A stretch of 64,000 nt of DNA. Source: Octopus sinensis (Eukaryota). The notes under the pieces are model-generated. The model made no database searches, was not told the origin of the DNA, and was given only the letters and a program-made list of their open reading frames with translations. Shown here piece after piece: positions 1 to 12,570 of the stretch (position 1 is the stretch's first letter; each line of letters opens with the position of its first letter). The DNA lies in NCBI RefSeq assembly GCF_006345805.1, contig NC_043024.1:18476001-18540000 (forward strand), read 5' to 3'. Made by a program: the position numbers and the translations under genes.

Positions 1-54
1 TTTTTGTCAGCCTATTTTTCATTCTGCCTGTCCTGTGCTCTGGTCTCAACATAT

Positions 55-70
55 GTATGTATGAATATGC

Positions 71-124
<54 letters not shown>

Positions 125-143
125 GTATGTATGTAAGTGTATA

Positions 144-174
<31 letters not shown>

Positions 175-193
175 ATATATATATACATATGTA

Positions 194-256
<63 letters not shown>

Positions 257-361
257 GTATGTGTATGTATATACATTTATAGTTATATTTATATATATAG
301 TGCATACATATATATAAGTGTGTATGTGTATATATGTATACATATATATGTGTATGTGTGA
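55..361. repeat. Compound (TA)n/(TATC)n/(TATG)n microsatellite
   Basis: Direct reading; the YI-repeat ORFs here are artefacts. Confidence 0.95.
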
Positions 362-637
362 GTGTGAAGACTTATATTTGTTCTAATATAGTCTGTTGTT
401 TATATGAACAAATATATTCATATGACTTCGTTATTTTCATTTGCTTAGTCCAATAATATTAATGTTTATTAAATGTACTTGTTTCCTTTTTTCCTTTTCC
501 TTCTATGAATAAACATTGCCAGAGAAAAAGAGAGGACAAAAGAAATAGAAGGCAAAGTTGGGGTCAAGGAGGTCAGTAAATTCGATAGAGTTTAGCAGAC
601 TGAACAAACAGGATAAAGATATATGAGAAAGAAAAGA

Positions 638-1012
638 GGTTATCTGCAGGGAGGAGAGCATTATGTAATATGTTGATGTCACTGCTAACACTGCATTAAT
701 AAGTTACATGGTGCTTACAGAGACAAATTTCAAGAGTCCTTTGCATCATCACAGCTACTTGTTCTGACATTCACACTTGAGAAAAGCCACGACATTTTCA
801 AAGCATATTTGAAATTAAAAGATAAAATAAAAATAGGCCACCAGCATTATGTGAACAGTGTTAGATAAAGTGCAAGCATCTGAGAACGTGTCAAACTGCT
901 GTGACCTCTGTCTTGCAGAAAAATTCCACATTATGCACGAAGTTGACCCAGTTTTCAATAAAAGGATCTAATTTTGCATGCAAAGAACCAATTCTTCCTC
1001 AGTGATTCCAAA
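638..1012 (+). mobile_element. Penelope-like element GIY-YIG endonuclease relic (stops, frameshifts)
   Basis: Collinear peptides C-REESIM*Y, YMVLTETNFK (YIG motif), ATTFSKHI*KLK, CDLCLAEKFHI, NKR, KNQFFLSD match the PLE endonuclease pattern YIG.TE..FK / T.LSKHIW.LK / C.LCL.EK..I. Confidence 0.7.
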
Positions 1013-1216
1013 ATGGATACCAGTAATTAATGACAATCTGCTGTGTTTTTTGCTGTTACAGTCATTCCATTTCTTTGTTTTTCAACCTTTTGATGTGTTT
1101 GTGTGACTGAAAGGTGGAGTGAATAAAACCAATCATCTAAGTATGTACATGTATTAAGGTACATTAATTAAGATACATTAGGCATAACACATAAATTGTA
1201 TGTTTTTTATAATTAG

Positions 1217-1997
1217 GCGCAGGAGTGGCTGTGTGGTAGGTAGCTTGTTTACCAACCACATGGTTCCGGGTTCAGTCCCACTGCGTGGTACCTTGGGCAA
1301 GTGTCTTCTACTATAGTTTCGGGCTGACCAAAGCCTTGAGAGTGGATTTGGTAGATGCATATATATGTATATGTAAGTAGCTTGCTAACCAACCACATGG
1401 TTCCAGGTTCAGTCCCACTGCTTGGCATCTTGGGCAACTGTCTTCTGCTATGGCCCCGGGCCGACCAATGCCTTGTGAGTGGATTTGGTAGATGGAAACT
1501 GAAAGAAGCCTGTCGTATATATGTATATATATATATATATATATGTGTATTTGTGTGTCTGTGTTTGTCCCCCTACCATTGCTTGACAACCGATGCAGGT
1601 GTATTTACATCCCCGTCACTTAGCGGTTAGGCAAAAGAACCTGATAGAATAAGTTCTGGGCTTACAAAGAATAAGTCCCGAGGTCGAGTTGCTCGATTAA
1701 AGGCGGTGCTCCAGCATGGCCGCAGTCAAATGACTGAAACAAGTTAAAGAGTAAAGAGTAAAGAGTATGTGCGTGTATGTTTGTGTGTCTGTGTTTGTCC
1801 CCCTAGCATTGCTTGACAACCGATGCTGGTGTGTTTATGTCCCCGTCACTTAGCGGTTCGGCAAAAGAGACCCATAGAATAAGTATTGGACTTACAAAGA
1901 GTAAGTCCCAGGGTCGTTTTGCCCGACTAAAGGTGGTGCTCCAGCATGGCCGCAGTCAATTGACTGAAACAAGTAAAAGAGAAAAAGAGTAAAGAGT
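1217..1997 (+). mobile_element. SINE family A composite (5' half + near-full copy + extra 3' half)
   Basis: tRNA-like head ggcgcaggagtggctgtgtggtag...ggttcagtccc, internal (TA)/(TG) tract, tail ggcggtgctccagcatggccgcagtcaaatgactgaaac. Confidence 0.9.
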
Positions 1998-2139
1998 ATG
2001 AGTATATCCCACATAAATTAAGATACATTAGGCATTAGACAGAAATTGTATGTCTTTTTGTAACTTGGCAAAAACAGAGTAAAACTGACAAAAAAAATAC
2101 AGTGAACCTGCTTTGGCAATTGGAAAATTGAAAGATTCA

Positions 2140-2568
2140 GATAAGGTCCTTTGTCAGGGAAAACTTTTACAGGAGAGAAATTAAAGAGTGATCGCAAAGT
2201 TTCTACATCCTCTAAGGCAGAGCAATTGGCTGCAACTGATAGGAAACACAGGACCACAAGACCACAGGACCTTCACACATTGACTGTAGGTGAGAGAAGT
2301 GGAAGGAAAGGGGGATGGAATGAAGAGATGGTGAAGGCAAAAGTGAAGGGAAGGAAAAAGACTAAAGAAGTAGCAAAATAATAAGATTACTGAAGTAAGA
2401 ATGGAGGGGGAGAGTGGCTCGTTTGAACTTGTTTTTAACATGATCCATTTAAAGGAAAAGTTTACAAGAGACAAATTAAAGAGAGATGACAGAGTTTTAC
2501 GTCCTCTAAGGTAAAACAACAGGCAGCAGCTGATAAGGACAACAGAATCCCAGGAGCTTCATACATTC
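2140..2568 (+). repeat. Two diverged ~130-bp direct repeats (about 2140-2285 and 2442-2568)
   Basis: Shared aaattaaagag, tcctctaagg, gc(a)gctgata(a)gga, cacagga.cttca.acatt blocks. Confidence 0.6.
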
Positions 2569-2569
2569 A

Positions 2570-2790
2570 TCATCATCATTTAACGTCCATTTTTCCATGC
2601 TGGCATGAGTTGGATGTTTGACCAGAGCTGGCAAGTTGGGGAGCTACAGCAGGCTATGCTTTGATTTGGCATGGTTCCTATATATACTTTACAGAGTGTG
2701 TTGGGTACTTTTGTGTGGCACTGCACAAGTGCTTTAACGTGGCACCAGCATGAGCGCTTTTTATTTGGCACTGGCACAGGATTCTTGTGG
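2570..2790 (-). mobile_element. RTE-LINE 3'-end fragment with (ATG)n tail
   Basis: catcatcatt taacgtccatttttccatgctggcatg matches the 3' end of the RTE at 24634-26200. Confidence 0.75.
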
Positions 2791-2812
2791 ATCAATCCTC
2801 TTCATTATTTAT

Positions 2813-2993
2813 ATTATTTACATTTGACAGATATTTGTCCTCATCTTGTTTGTTGTTAACACAACATTTCAGCTGATATACCCTCCAGCCTTCATCAGGT
2901 GTCTTGGGGAAATTTCAAACCTTTGTTCTCATTCCTAAGGAATACCTTAACAACAAACAAGATAAGGACAAATATCCGTTAAATGTAAATAAT
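2813..2993. mobile_element. PLE-type fold-back: ~47-bp inverted arms (2813-2859 / 2947-2993) around a hammerhead-bearing spacer
   Basis: attatttacatttgacagatatttgtcctcatcttgtttgttgttaa pairs with ttaacaacaaacaagataaggacaaatatccgttaaatgtaaataat. Confidence 0.85.
2859..2902 (-). ncRNA. Minimal type I hammerhead ribozyme, slightly degenerate
   Basis: Minus strand: ACAC CUGAUGA a GGCUG gagggtatat CAGCU GAAAU GU U GUGU; stem I ACAC/GUGU; position 15.2 C>U (wobble). Confidence 0.75.
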
Positions 2994-3199
2994 GTAAATA
3001 GTGTACATAATTTCTCATCTCTTAAATATAGAACTGTAATATTTGTGTTTGTTTTGATTTTAAGTTTGAAAATATTGTGCCCTTTGAAAAAATTTGGGAC
3101 CTGGATTTGCATCCCTGAAGCATATGCTTCTAGGTTTACTGTCAGTTGGCTCTGTTTGGATCTGTGTTGCAATTTTTTTCCTGTGACACTTATCATCAT

Positions 3200-3850
3200 C
3201 ATCATCATCCCCCTCCTCCTTTTCATCACCTTTTAATATCCTTTTTCCATGCTGGCATGGGCTGGATGGTTTGACAAAGGTGATGAGCTGGCAGAAACGT
3301 TAGCATGCCAGGCGAAATGCGTAGCCGTATTTTGTCTGCCGTTACGTTCCGAGTTCAAAGGTCGACTTTGCCTTTCATCCTTTAGGGGTCAATAAATTAA
3401 GTACCAGTTACGCACTGGGGTCGATGTAATTGACTTAATCCGTTTGTCTGTCCTTGTTTGTCCCCTCTGTGTTTAGCCCCTTGTGGGTAGTAAAGAAATA
3501 GGTTTGACGGGAGCTGGCAAGGCGAGGGGCTGCACCAGGCTGCATTTGTCTGTTTGGGCACGGTTTCCATGGCTGGATGCCCTTCCTAACTCCAACCACT
3601 TTACAGAGTGTACTGGGTGATTTTCACATGGCACCAGCATGGCATCACCAAATAGCTTGCAAGACAAAAACTTCCTAGCAGAGAGTTAAAGATCATGATT
3701 TTACTATGAGTCTTGTCAAGCACATCAAATTCTCTGAAGTTTCAGTTCCCTGTCATCTCTTTTGGGGAGTTCAACATCTGTCAATCATTTCCCACCACTT
3801 CGTTTTCAGGTCTTCGCGGGTTTACCCCTTTCATATTTTCCCCTCTGCAA
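3200..3850 (-). mobile_element. RTE-LINE 3' fragment interrupted by a family B SINE
   Basis: catcatcatc tail, ctggatgcccttcctaactccaaccac motif; continues into the ORF2 end near 3800. Confidence 0.7.
3279..3500 (+). mobile_element. SINE family B monomer
   Basis: Head ggtgatgagctggcagaaacgttagc, central ctttgcctttcatcctttaggggtcaataaattaagtaccag, tail gtgggtagtaaagaaata; flanks ggtttgac...ggtttgac (TSD-like). Confidence 0.9.
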
Positions 3851-3892
3851 TTAGAGAATGATGTTTCTTGATGCAGCTCTCCTCATCCATGT

Positions 3893-4215
3893 GAAGGCAC
3901 ATGGTTCACTGGTTAGAACAAAAGGCTCACAATCATGAGGTTGTGAGTTCGATTCCTGACCAGGCTGTGTGTTGTGTTCTTGAGCAAGACACTTTATTTC
4001 ATATTGCTCCAGTTCACTCATCTGTAGTGCCAAGCTGTAATGGTCTTTGCCTTCTCCTTGGATAATATCAGTGGCATGGAGATGGGGAGGCTGATATGCA
4101 TGGGTGACTGCTGGTCTTCCACAAACAGCATTACCTGAACTTGTACCTAGAGGGGAACTTTCTAGGTACAATCCCAGGGTCATTCATGACCAAAGGGGGT
4201 CTTTACCCTTTACCC
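3893..4215 (+). mobile_element. SINE family D (tRNA-derived)
   Basis: A/B-box head ggcacatggttcactggttagaac...gagttcgattcc; body shared with 11133 and 51907. Confidence 0.85.
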
Positions 4216-4267
4216 TCTTCCATACACATCACATGACCATATCAGCACAGTCTTCTCCCTTGCACAC

Positions 4268-4745
4268 AACATCTGATGCTTCTATAATAATAATAATAAT
4301 GAAATTATTGTATACAGTGCTCAGGTGCACCACAACTTGTCAGAAAGTGCATATAAAGCATATGCAGTAATGTAGAAATGTCTGGGAAGTGAACAATGTA
4401 TGAGTCAGATAGATGCTTGCGTGTGTATGGAGGGGTGAAAATCAGGTGTAGTGTTGGCGAATCTCAGGAAGCAGGGAAGTTTTGAAGGATGCAGTGCTCC
4501 AACAACTAACAACTGATGCCGGCAGTTTGTTCCATGCTTCAGCAACTCTTAGTGTGAAAAAATGTTTCCTAAAGTCATGGGAGCTGTGCTGTTTTCTGAC
4601 ATTGTAAATATGTCCATGGGTGTTAGATGGGTGGAGTTTGAAAAGGTGCTCAGAGTTATTGTTTGTAAGATGGTTAATAATTTTATGGGTGTCTGTCAAG
4701 TCAGCTGCCAGACGTCGGAGTTTCAATGTGTCCATGTCCAGGGAA
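4268..4745 (-). mobile_element. CR1-group LINE 3' fragment with (ATT)n tail
   Basis: ORF 4442-4735 LRRLAADL...FFTLRVAEAWNKLP is a CR1 RT C-terminus; same family as 36975-37565. Confidence 0.9.
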
Positions 4746-5185
4746 GTAACTAATTTCTTATACCCAGTTTTCCTTTTAAATCCTTTACACTCTCTCGTAC
4801 ATTACCCACCCAGCAAAGCAGGCTGGCTTCCTTTCTTTCAAGCCTTCGCATGGCCTCTGTAATCCCACCCCACGTTTTACCACCATGTAATACAGCTGTA
4901 ATCTTATTATTAAATACAAATCTATCTGCATTATCTCATCAGTGTACATTCCAGTGATACACCAGTGATTCTACACTATACCATTCTGTTAACAGATTCT
5001 TCTTATTTCTAATCTTACTTTAACATTCCGCCTAGTTTTAAAAAATGGTAGCATTAGAATCAACAACGATTAATCCACTTTCATCCTGGTAATCTCAAAA
5101 CTTTCACAAGTTTCTTAAAGTGACTTATTGCCTGTAACCAAATTACCATGAACACTTCATACCATAAAAAAATTTCTTTGTCTCC

Positions 5186-5435
5186 TATCATCATCATCAG
5201 CAACATCGTCTCATAGTCATCATCATCATCATCATCAACATCATCATCATCATCATCATCATCATCAACATCGTCATCATTATCATCATCATCATCAACA
5301 TCATCATCATGATCATCATCATGATCATCATCATGATCATCATCATCATCATCAACATCGTCATCATTATCATCATCATCATCATCAACATCGTCATCAT
5401 TATCATCATCATCATCATCAACACTATCATCGGTC

Positions 5436-5472
<37 letters not shown>

Positions 5473-5560
5473 TATCAACATCGTCATCAACATCATCATC
5501 ATCATCATCCTCATCTTTGTTGTTGTCATCATTATCATCATCCTCATCATCATCACCATC
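5186..5560. repeat. (ATC)n microsatellite with internal subrepeats
   Basis: Direct reading. Confidence 0.95.
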
Positions 5561-5574
5561 CTTATCCTTATTAT

Positions 5575-6720
5575 GAAGGCAGAATTGTCAGCACACCAGG
5601 CAAAGTGCTTGGCAGAGTTCGAATTCTACTGAGGTTGCTTTTACCTTTCATCCTTTCGGGGGTCGATAAATTAAGTACCAGTGAAACACTGGGGTCGATG
5701 TAATCAACTAGTACCCTCCCCTAAAATTTCGAGCCTTATGCCTATAATAGAAAGGATTATTATCATTATTGGTGGTATGTGGTGTGCTGACAGGATTGTT
5801 AGCCCATCGGACAAATTGCTTATCCGCATTTCATCCCATCTGCATGTCCTGAATTGAAATTCTGCTGAGGTTGACTTTGCTTTTCATCCCTTTCAAGACC
5901 GATAAAATAAGTACCAGCTGAGCATTGGTGCCACTACTTCCCTGAGACAATATCATTGGCCTTGGGCCATAATTTGAAGCAATTATTACTATTATTATCA
6001 TTAAGGTGGTGAACTAGCTGAATCATTAAACACACTGGGTGAAAATTTTAGTGGTATTTCATCTGTCTTTGTATTCTGAGTACAAATTCACTTGAGATCG
6101 ACTTCATCTTTCATTCTTTCAGGGTCTATAAAATAAGTACCATTTGAGCCCTGGGGTTGATGTAATCAGGCCTTGTGCCTATAATAGAAAGGATCATAAT
6201 TATTAATACGGTGGTGAGCTGGCAGAAACATTAGCATGCCAGGTGAAATGCTTAGCGGTATTTCGTCTGCCGCTACGTTCTGAGTTCAAATTCCGCCGAG
6301 GTTGACTTTGCCTTTCACCCTTTCAGGGTCAATTAAATAAGTACCAGTTACACACCGGGGTCGATGTAATCGGCTTAATCCATTTGTCTGTCCTTGTTTG
6401 TCCCCTCTGTTTAGCCCCTTGTGGGTAGTAAAGAAATAGGTATTTCGTCTGCCATTACGTTCTAAGTTCAAATTCCGCCGAGGTCGACTTTGCCTTTCAC
6501 CCTTTCGGGGCTGATTAAATAAGTACCAGTTATACACTGGGGTCGATGTAATCGACTTAATCCGTTTGTCTGTCCTTGTTTGTCCCCTCTGTGTTTAGCC
6601 CCTTGTGGGTAGTAAAGAAATAGGTATTTTGTTCAGAGTTCAAATTCTGCTGAGGTCGACTTTGCCTTTCATCCTCTCAGTAGGGGGTTGATAAATTAAT
6701 TACCAGGCCTTGTACCTATA
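5575..6720 (+). mobile_element. Cluster of family B SINE copies, including a tandem dimer at 6210-6625
   Basis: Repeated gaggtcgactttgcctttca...aagtaccag blocks; dimer junction aaagaaatag|gtatttcgtc at ~6440. Confidence 0.85.
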
Positions 6721-6899
6721 GTAGAAAGGGTTATTATTATTATTATTTTTATTATTATTATTATTATTATTATTTGTTATATACATATTGATGTTGTATC
6801 ACATTTGATAGGTCTAAAACATCCTTTGATATTGTCCTCAATATGTTGGGCCCCTGTGACCAGTAAATAAAATCATCATTATCATTTTACTATTGTTAT

Positions 6900-6929
6900 T
6901 AGTGCTGTTGTTGTTGTTGCTATTATCAT

Positions 6930-7024
<95 letters not shown>

Positions 7025-7053
7025 TCATTATTATTATTATTATTATTATTATA

Positions 7054-7104
<51 letters not shown>

Positions 7105-7105
7105 T
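6900..7105. repeat. (CTA)n + (ATT)n microsatellite
   Basis: Direct reading. Confidence 0.95.
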
Positions 7106-7959
7106 GGAAATTCCCTTTTACTGTTTTATCGATCTGAAGTATGGAAACTAGACTAACTAAAAACCAGAATAAAATAAAAGAGCACACAGAAGAAAAAAAT
7201 AAAACAAAACACAAATAAAATCCCCCCCGAAACACAAATAAAACCCCCCAAAAATCAAAGAAAATTTGTCGAAAGATCTCATTTGATTAGTTTTAATGTA
7301 AAAGTTGTGTTATTTTTGCGGTTTAAGAACTTTAATCTCGAGCAACAGACAGCAAGAATAAATGCAAAGCCCATTGAATTAATAACAGCACTTACCATTT
7401 ACAAGTGCCATATAGTTTATTCCAATATTGTTCTTTATTTATTTGGCATTATGTTGGAATATTGTAACATGTTCTTGTTGCTGCTGTTGTTGAAGTGGTT
7501 TTCTAAATGGTTTTTCAAGTGAGTATTCTTGGATTGAGATAAAAAGAAAGAAAATTAAAACCGAAAATAAAATGTATCACAAATCATGGAATATTCTTTG
7601 TTGCATCATTTTTTTTCTTAGAATGTCTTTTATTATTGTTATTTATTATAGTATAAAGGTTCTTTTTTCTTTCTTTTTTTTTTACCGATTTTTAAATAAA
7701 GCATCGAGAATTGAGGAAATTTTATAACACATTTCAGAATATATTTGTGTCATGTCTAGGAATTTTATCCTTGTTTTTGATTTAATTTTTGTTTTATTTT
7801 ATTGTTTTTATTTTATATTCTCAAGCGATCTATAGTGAAAGTTCTGGTGTTAATATTTTAATCTGGCGAGGAACGGAGGAATTAAGTTTGTTTTATATAT
7901 AGATCTGTGTGTGTGCATGTGTGTGTGTGTGTGTGTGTGTCTATGTACATACCATTAGC

Positions 7960-8240
7960 TTCACCATCATCATCATAATTGCCAGCGCCACCTCGACTGG
8001 CTTCCATGCCGGTGGCACGTAAAAAGCACCATCCGAGCGTGGCTGCTGCCAGACTTCCCTGGCACCTGTACCGGTGGCACATAAAAAGCACCCACTACAC
8101 TCGCGGAGTGGTTGGCATTAGGAAGGGCATCCAGCTGTAGAAACTCTGCCAGATCAGACTGGAGCCTGGTTCAGCCGCCTGGCTTACAAGACTCCGGTCG
8201 AACTGTCCAACCCATGCTGGCATGGAAAACGGACGTTAAA
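7960..8240 (+). mobile_element. RTE-LINE 3'-end fragment
   Basis: ggaagggcatccagctgtagaaactctgccagatcagac...ggacgttaaatgatgatg. Confidence 0.8.
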
Positions 8241-9069
8241 TGATGATGATGATGATCATCATCATCATCATAATCATTAATATTATTATAATTATAACCA
8301 TTACTATTGTCATCATCATCCATTATCATCATCATCAGTTATCATCATCATCATACTCTTTCTCCTCCTTCTCCTCATCCAGTTCTCCTCTTCCTCCTCC
8401 TCCTCGTCCTCTTCTACACTGACATCATCGTCATTAGCATTACGTAGCTCTCAATGAGAAATGACTGAAATTGTTATGGCCCATCAGTCCCATGCACGCA
8501 TGGAAAAGCAAATGCGATGATGATGACTGCGATGATGATGATGATGATGATGACCATGATGACGATGATGGCGATGGTGATAATGATGATAATGATGATA
8601 ATGATAACTATGATGATGATGATGATGATGATGATTGCAAAATGAGGGTTGCCAAATGATGATGACATTGCAGCTGCTAACGTTGATAATGACGACAATA
8701 AGGACATTCCTCCTCTCCTCCTCCACCCCACTCTATATAAACTAGCGCACCCACTCGGATTCCCCTACTCGATTTTTAATAACTCCCCCGAAAGAATATG
8801 AATCCAGATGCTCTCATCTAATTCTGCTAGCTCATGGTATGCCTGCCATACCACCCCCTCCACCTGTATCAGAAGTTCCTAACCTCTGTCATCCTTTGGT
8901 TGTCTCCCATGAACACTTCTAAAGGCTTTACGCCATCCCCACCCCTACTTAGGGTTTATCTCCCATCTAAGGTAGTGATCATTTAGTGCATAAAAATGAT
9001 GGTTTAGTGTATGCCGGTTGAAGGCTATTGATTGTTTATGAATTCTGTCAATTTGAGCTTTCTTTTCAG

Positions 9070-9428
9070 GTACCTGACGCTGCTGTCCCCCATCCCAGAG
9101 TTTCATGGGCCCACACCTCCCACACCCTCAGAGTTGGCACATTCAACGTGGGCACACATGAAGGCTATGGTTTTGGTTCCTGCAATGAGGAGCGAACCAG
9201 GCTGCTGGAGTTCTGCGATGCAAATGATCTTATGGTTTGCAATACTAACTTCAGGAAACCTGCCTGTCACATAGTTAACTACATCCTCACCAGAAAAAGG
9301 GAAAGATGGCTGCTTATAAATGCCAAAACCTTCCCCACAACATAGACTAGTAGTTAGCGACTTCAGGATCAGGGCTAAATGGATGTCCAGAAGACGACCA
9401 GCAAGGAGGAGAAGGGTCTGGAAGCTTG
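9070..9428 (+). mobile_element. RTE-LINE APE endonuclease fragment with internal deletions
   Basis: Peptides TLRVGTFNVGT, GYGFGSCNEE.TRLLEFC..NDL.VCNTNFRK, VNYILTRK, QHRLVVSDFRI. Confidence 0.85.
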
Positions 9429-10386
9429 AACCTGAAGCCATATGGTTGGGTAGCAAGCTACTTATTACACAGCCACACTTGTACCTACATATATTCATTT
9501 TTTCGTTTTTCTTGTATCAGCTCAGAGCTGCGGCCATGCTGAAGCACCGCCGTTTATATATGTGCGTATATATATATTTCATATATATATTTACACACAC
9601 ATACACACACTCATATGTATGTAATAGTATAATAAAATATATTATATTCAATTTATCATGTGGGCAATTTTTCGTTGTTGTGTTCCTAATAATTTATGCA
9701 CGAACAATTTTCCTGGATCATCATATTGTGCTAAGACACATAAAGATGATGAGCAGATAGGGTCAGAAGAAGGAATGTGCAAAAAGAAATCTATTGTGAC
9801 TTGTGACACTCTACGTAGCATTAAACATCTTAAGTTTATCCAATGAATGAATATTTCCTTGGAAAGTTGTCAATTGCTATTCATGAACAGTTTATTCTGG
9901 ATAGGTTGTTTTGTATAGGTTATTGGATGTCTTTCAATCCATTTAAGAAACATTTTGCTCTACTGGTTCTCTATGTTTACCAACTTTGAATATAGAATCT
10001 TGATAAGCATGACAATACCCCTGTTGAACTATTTACTTCTGTAGGTTTACTTCTAGATTGTTTGGCCATCTTAATAGAAAGTAAAGGAAATTCATCATGA
10101 ATATCAATTGCAATTGTATGTTTATGTTTTTGTGTAATGACATTCTGAAAGGAGAGGTGGTCATGGTGGATATAGGATACATATTGGAAACATAGCTGAG
10201 TGCTGGATCAAATGACAAGCATTACTTAGTTTGTATAATCTTTGTCTGTATGTTGTAGGTTCATTCCTCACCAAGGTCATCTAAACCTTTCCTGTAACTC
10301 AAACCAGGACTCAGTGGTCAGACAGGTTCCATCTCCATCAATCTTTGGCCATTTTGCCATTCTGACTGTTGTTTATAAGCCTTTCA

Positions 10387-10387
<1 letters not shown>

Positions 10388-10474
<87 letters not shown>

Positions 10475-10684
10475 CATCTATCCCTTTTTCTTTTCTTCTT
10501 TTCCCTTTTTTCCCCCCTTTAATCGAAAACCTACGCCACATTTTTTTTTTCATCCCCCAAAAGAAAAGCTCTACCTTGTAACTTGTCCCATCTGTGTGCA
10601 GCCCTGTGTGGCCAATAAAGAAACTTATCTATCTATCTATCTATCTATCTATCCATCCATCCATCCATCCATCCATCCATCCAC

Positions 10685-10758
<74 letters not shown>

Positions 10759-10760
10759 GT
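10388..10760. repeat. (TATC)n/(CATC)n microsatellites
   Basis: Direct reading. Confidence 0.95.
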
Positions 10761-10918
10761 CTAGCCATTCATCTATCTGTTTATCTCTCTTTACTGTCTG
10801 TCTCTCTCTGTCTATCTGTCTATCCTTCTATACCTATCTAACTAACTAGCTCTTTATCTATTTACCCACCTCACTCTCTTTCTCCCTCTCTAAATATCAG
10901 CATGACAATACTATAACT

Positions 10919-11090
10919 ATAGGTGCAAGTGTAGCTGGGTGATAAGAAACTTGCTTCCCAACCACATGGTTTTGGGTTCAGTCCCACTGCATGGCATTTT
11001 GGGCAAGCGTTTTTTTCTATAGCCTTGGGTTGACCAAAGTCTAATGAGAGGATTTGGTAGACGGAAACTGAAAGAAGCTCATCGTATGTG
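10919..11090 (+). mobile_element. SINE family A 5' half
   Basis: Head and gacggaaactgaaagaagc motif. Confidence 0.8.
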
Positions 11091-11132
11091 TGTATATATG
11101 TGTGTGTGTATGTGTATATATATATATATATA

Positions 11133-11470
11133 GTGGAGGCGCATGGCTCAGTGGTTAGAGCGTTGAGCTTACGATCGTGAGGTTGTGAGCTCGAATCCCG
11201 GACCGGGCTGCGTGTTGTGTTTATTTCACGTTGTCTTTATTTCACGTTGCTCCAGTTCACTTAGCTGTAGAAATGAGTTGCGACGTCACAGGTGCCAAGC
11301 TGTATCGGTTGCTGCCTTTCCCTTGGATGAAGCTGGTGGCGTGGAGAGGGGAGGCCGGTATGCATGGGCGACTGCTGGTCTTCCATAAACCACCTTGCCC
11401 AGACTTGTGACTAGGAAGGTAACTTTCTAGGTGCAATCCCATAGTCAGTGTTGTGACTGAAGGGGGTCCC
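11133..11470 (+). mobile_element. SINE family D, near full length
   Basis: ggaggcgcatggctcagtggttagagcg...gagctcgaatcccgg tRNA-like head. Confidence 0.9.
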
Positions 11471-11499
<29 letters not shown>

Positions 11500-11501
<2 letters not shown>

Positions 11502-12570
11502 GGGTGTGGTGAATATTAAAATAACGCAATAAGAAAACTCTGACATCTCATTTTAACAGATATATTTGAAATACTAAAGAGTAAATTTATTCAATAAAAT
11601 CGCCATTGGTGAAGCCAATGGCCTCCAGACAACTTCACAATCCCCTGCGGCTCTTCAGGATGGTCTCCTTGTTTAAGTTGGTGAATGCTGCCGTAATCCT
11701 TGCCTTCAGTTCATCTTTGGTGTTACAAGGAGTTTTGTTGATCCCTTACTCAACTGTGCCTTACATATATTAATCAAAGGGATTGCAGTCTGGGGAGTTA
11801 GGTGGCCAGATGTTAGGGGTGATGTGGTGGCAGAAATTGTCTCACAGCCATGACTAGGTTCTCCCGCTTGTGTAGCATCGTGCAGAGGCCTGTTGCCAGA
11901 CATAGGGTCTTCCAGCAGCCACCCTCTTGACTCAGGGCAGCACGTGATGTAGGCCTCTGTGTTGAGTGTGAGGCTGTGTGGGAATATGAATGGAGGCATA
12001 ATGTCGCCATCACTAGTGATCACTCCAAACATCATGATGTTGACTGGATGTTTGGTTTTTATCACTCTCGGGGACATGGCAAGTCAACGGTGGCCCCTGT
12101 GTGTTCACCATCCGATCCTGGCAGAGATTTTTCTCATCTGAGAAAAACTAAAGCATGTTCGGTTGGAGAGGATGCTTGAGTTTGTTCAAAAGCTTCGTAG
12201 CGTGGTCTTTCCTCTTGTCCTTGATTGTTTAGGATAAAAATTGGCCCTTTCTCATCTTGTATGAGGAATACCAAATGTCTTCAAGTACTACCTGCCTGAT
12301 AAGAAACTCAGACACTCCCATGTCCCTGGCAGTGGACCTGATTGACTTGGAGGGATCATTGTCAATCATGGCCTGGATCTCACCAACAAATTCAGGAGTT
12401 CTTTTCTTATCAGAATGATCAGAGTGAGTTTTCTGAGCTACCAGACCTTCATAATCGCCATTAAACTCATCCAGTTCTTTCTGAATCTTTTATACTGTCC
12501 CCAGATCGACATCGAAAGACCCTGGAATGTTTGTATTGGAGCTTGTGGTGTCAATGCCAAGCATGCATAT
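11500..12570 (-). mobile_element. Tc1/mariner DD37D (maT/Bmmar1-type) transposase pseudogene
   Basis: FFSDEK (D1), KHPVNIMMFGVITSDG, WQQASA (D2 mutated), WPPNSPDCNPFD; 37 residues between the D2 position and D3; several stops. Confidence 0.85.

Noticed and set aside
10100-10360. Pif1/Helitron helicase motifs I-II
   Set aside because: Only loose resemblance (IDGDGT, IHDEF); not enough to call
11133-11210. tRNA genes at SINE heads (also 15832, 26881, 29391, 33449, 51907)
   Set aside because: A/B boxes run directly into SINE bodies with no acceptor-stem closure; these are tRNA-derived SINEs
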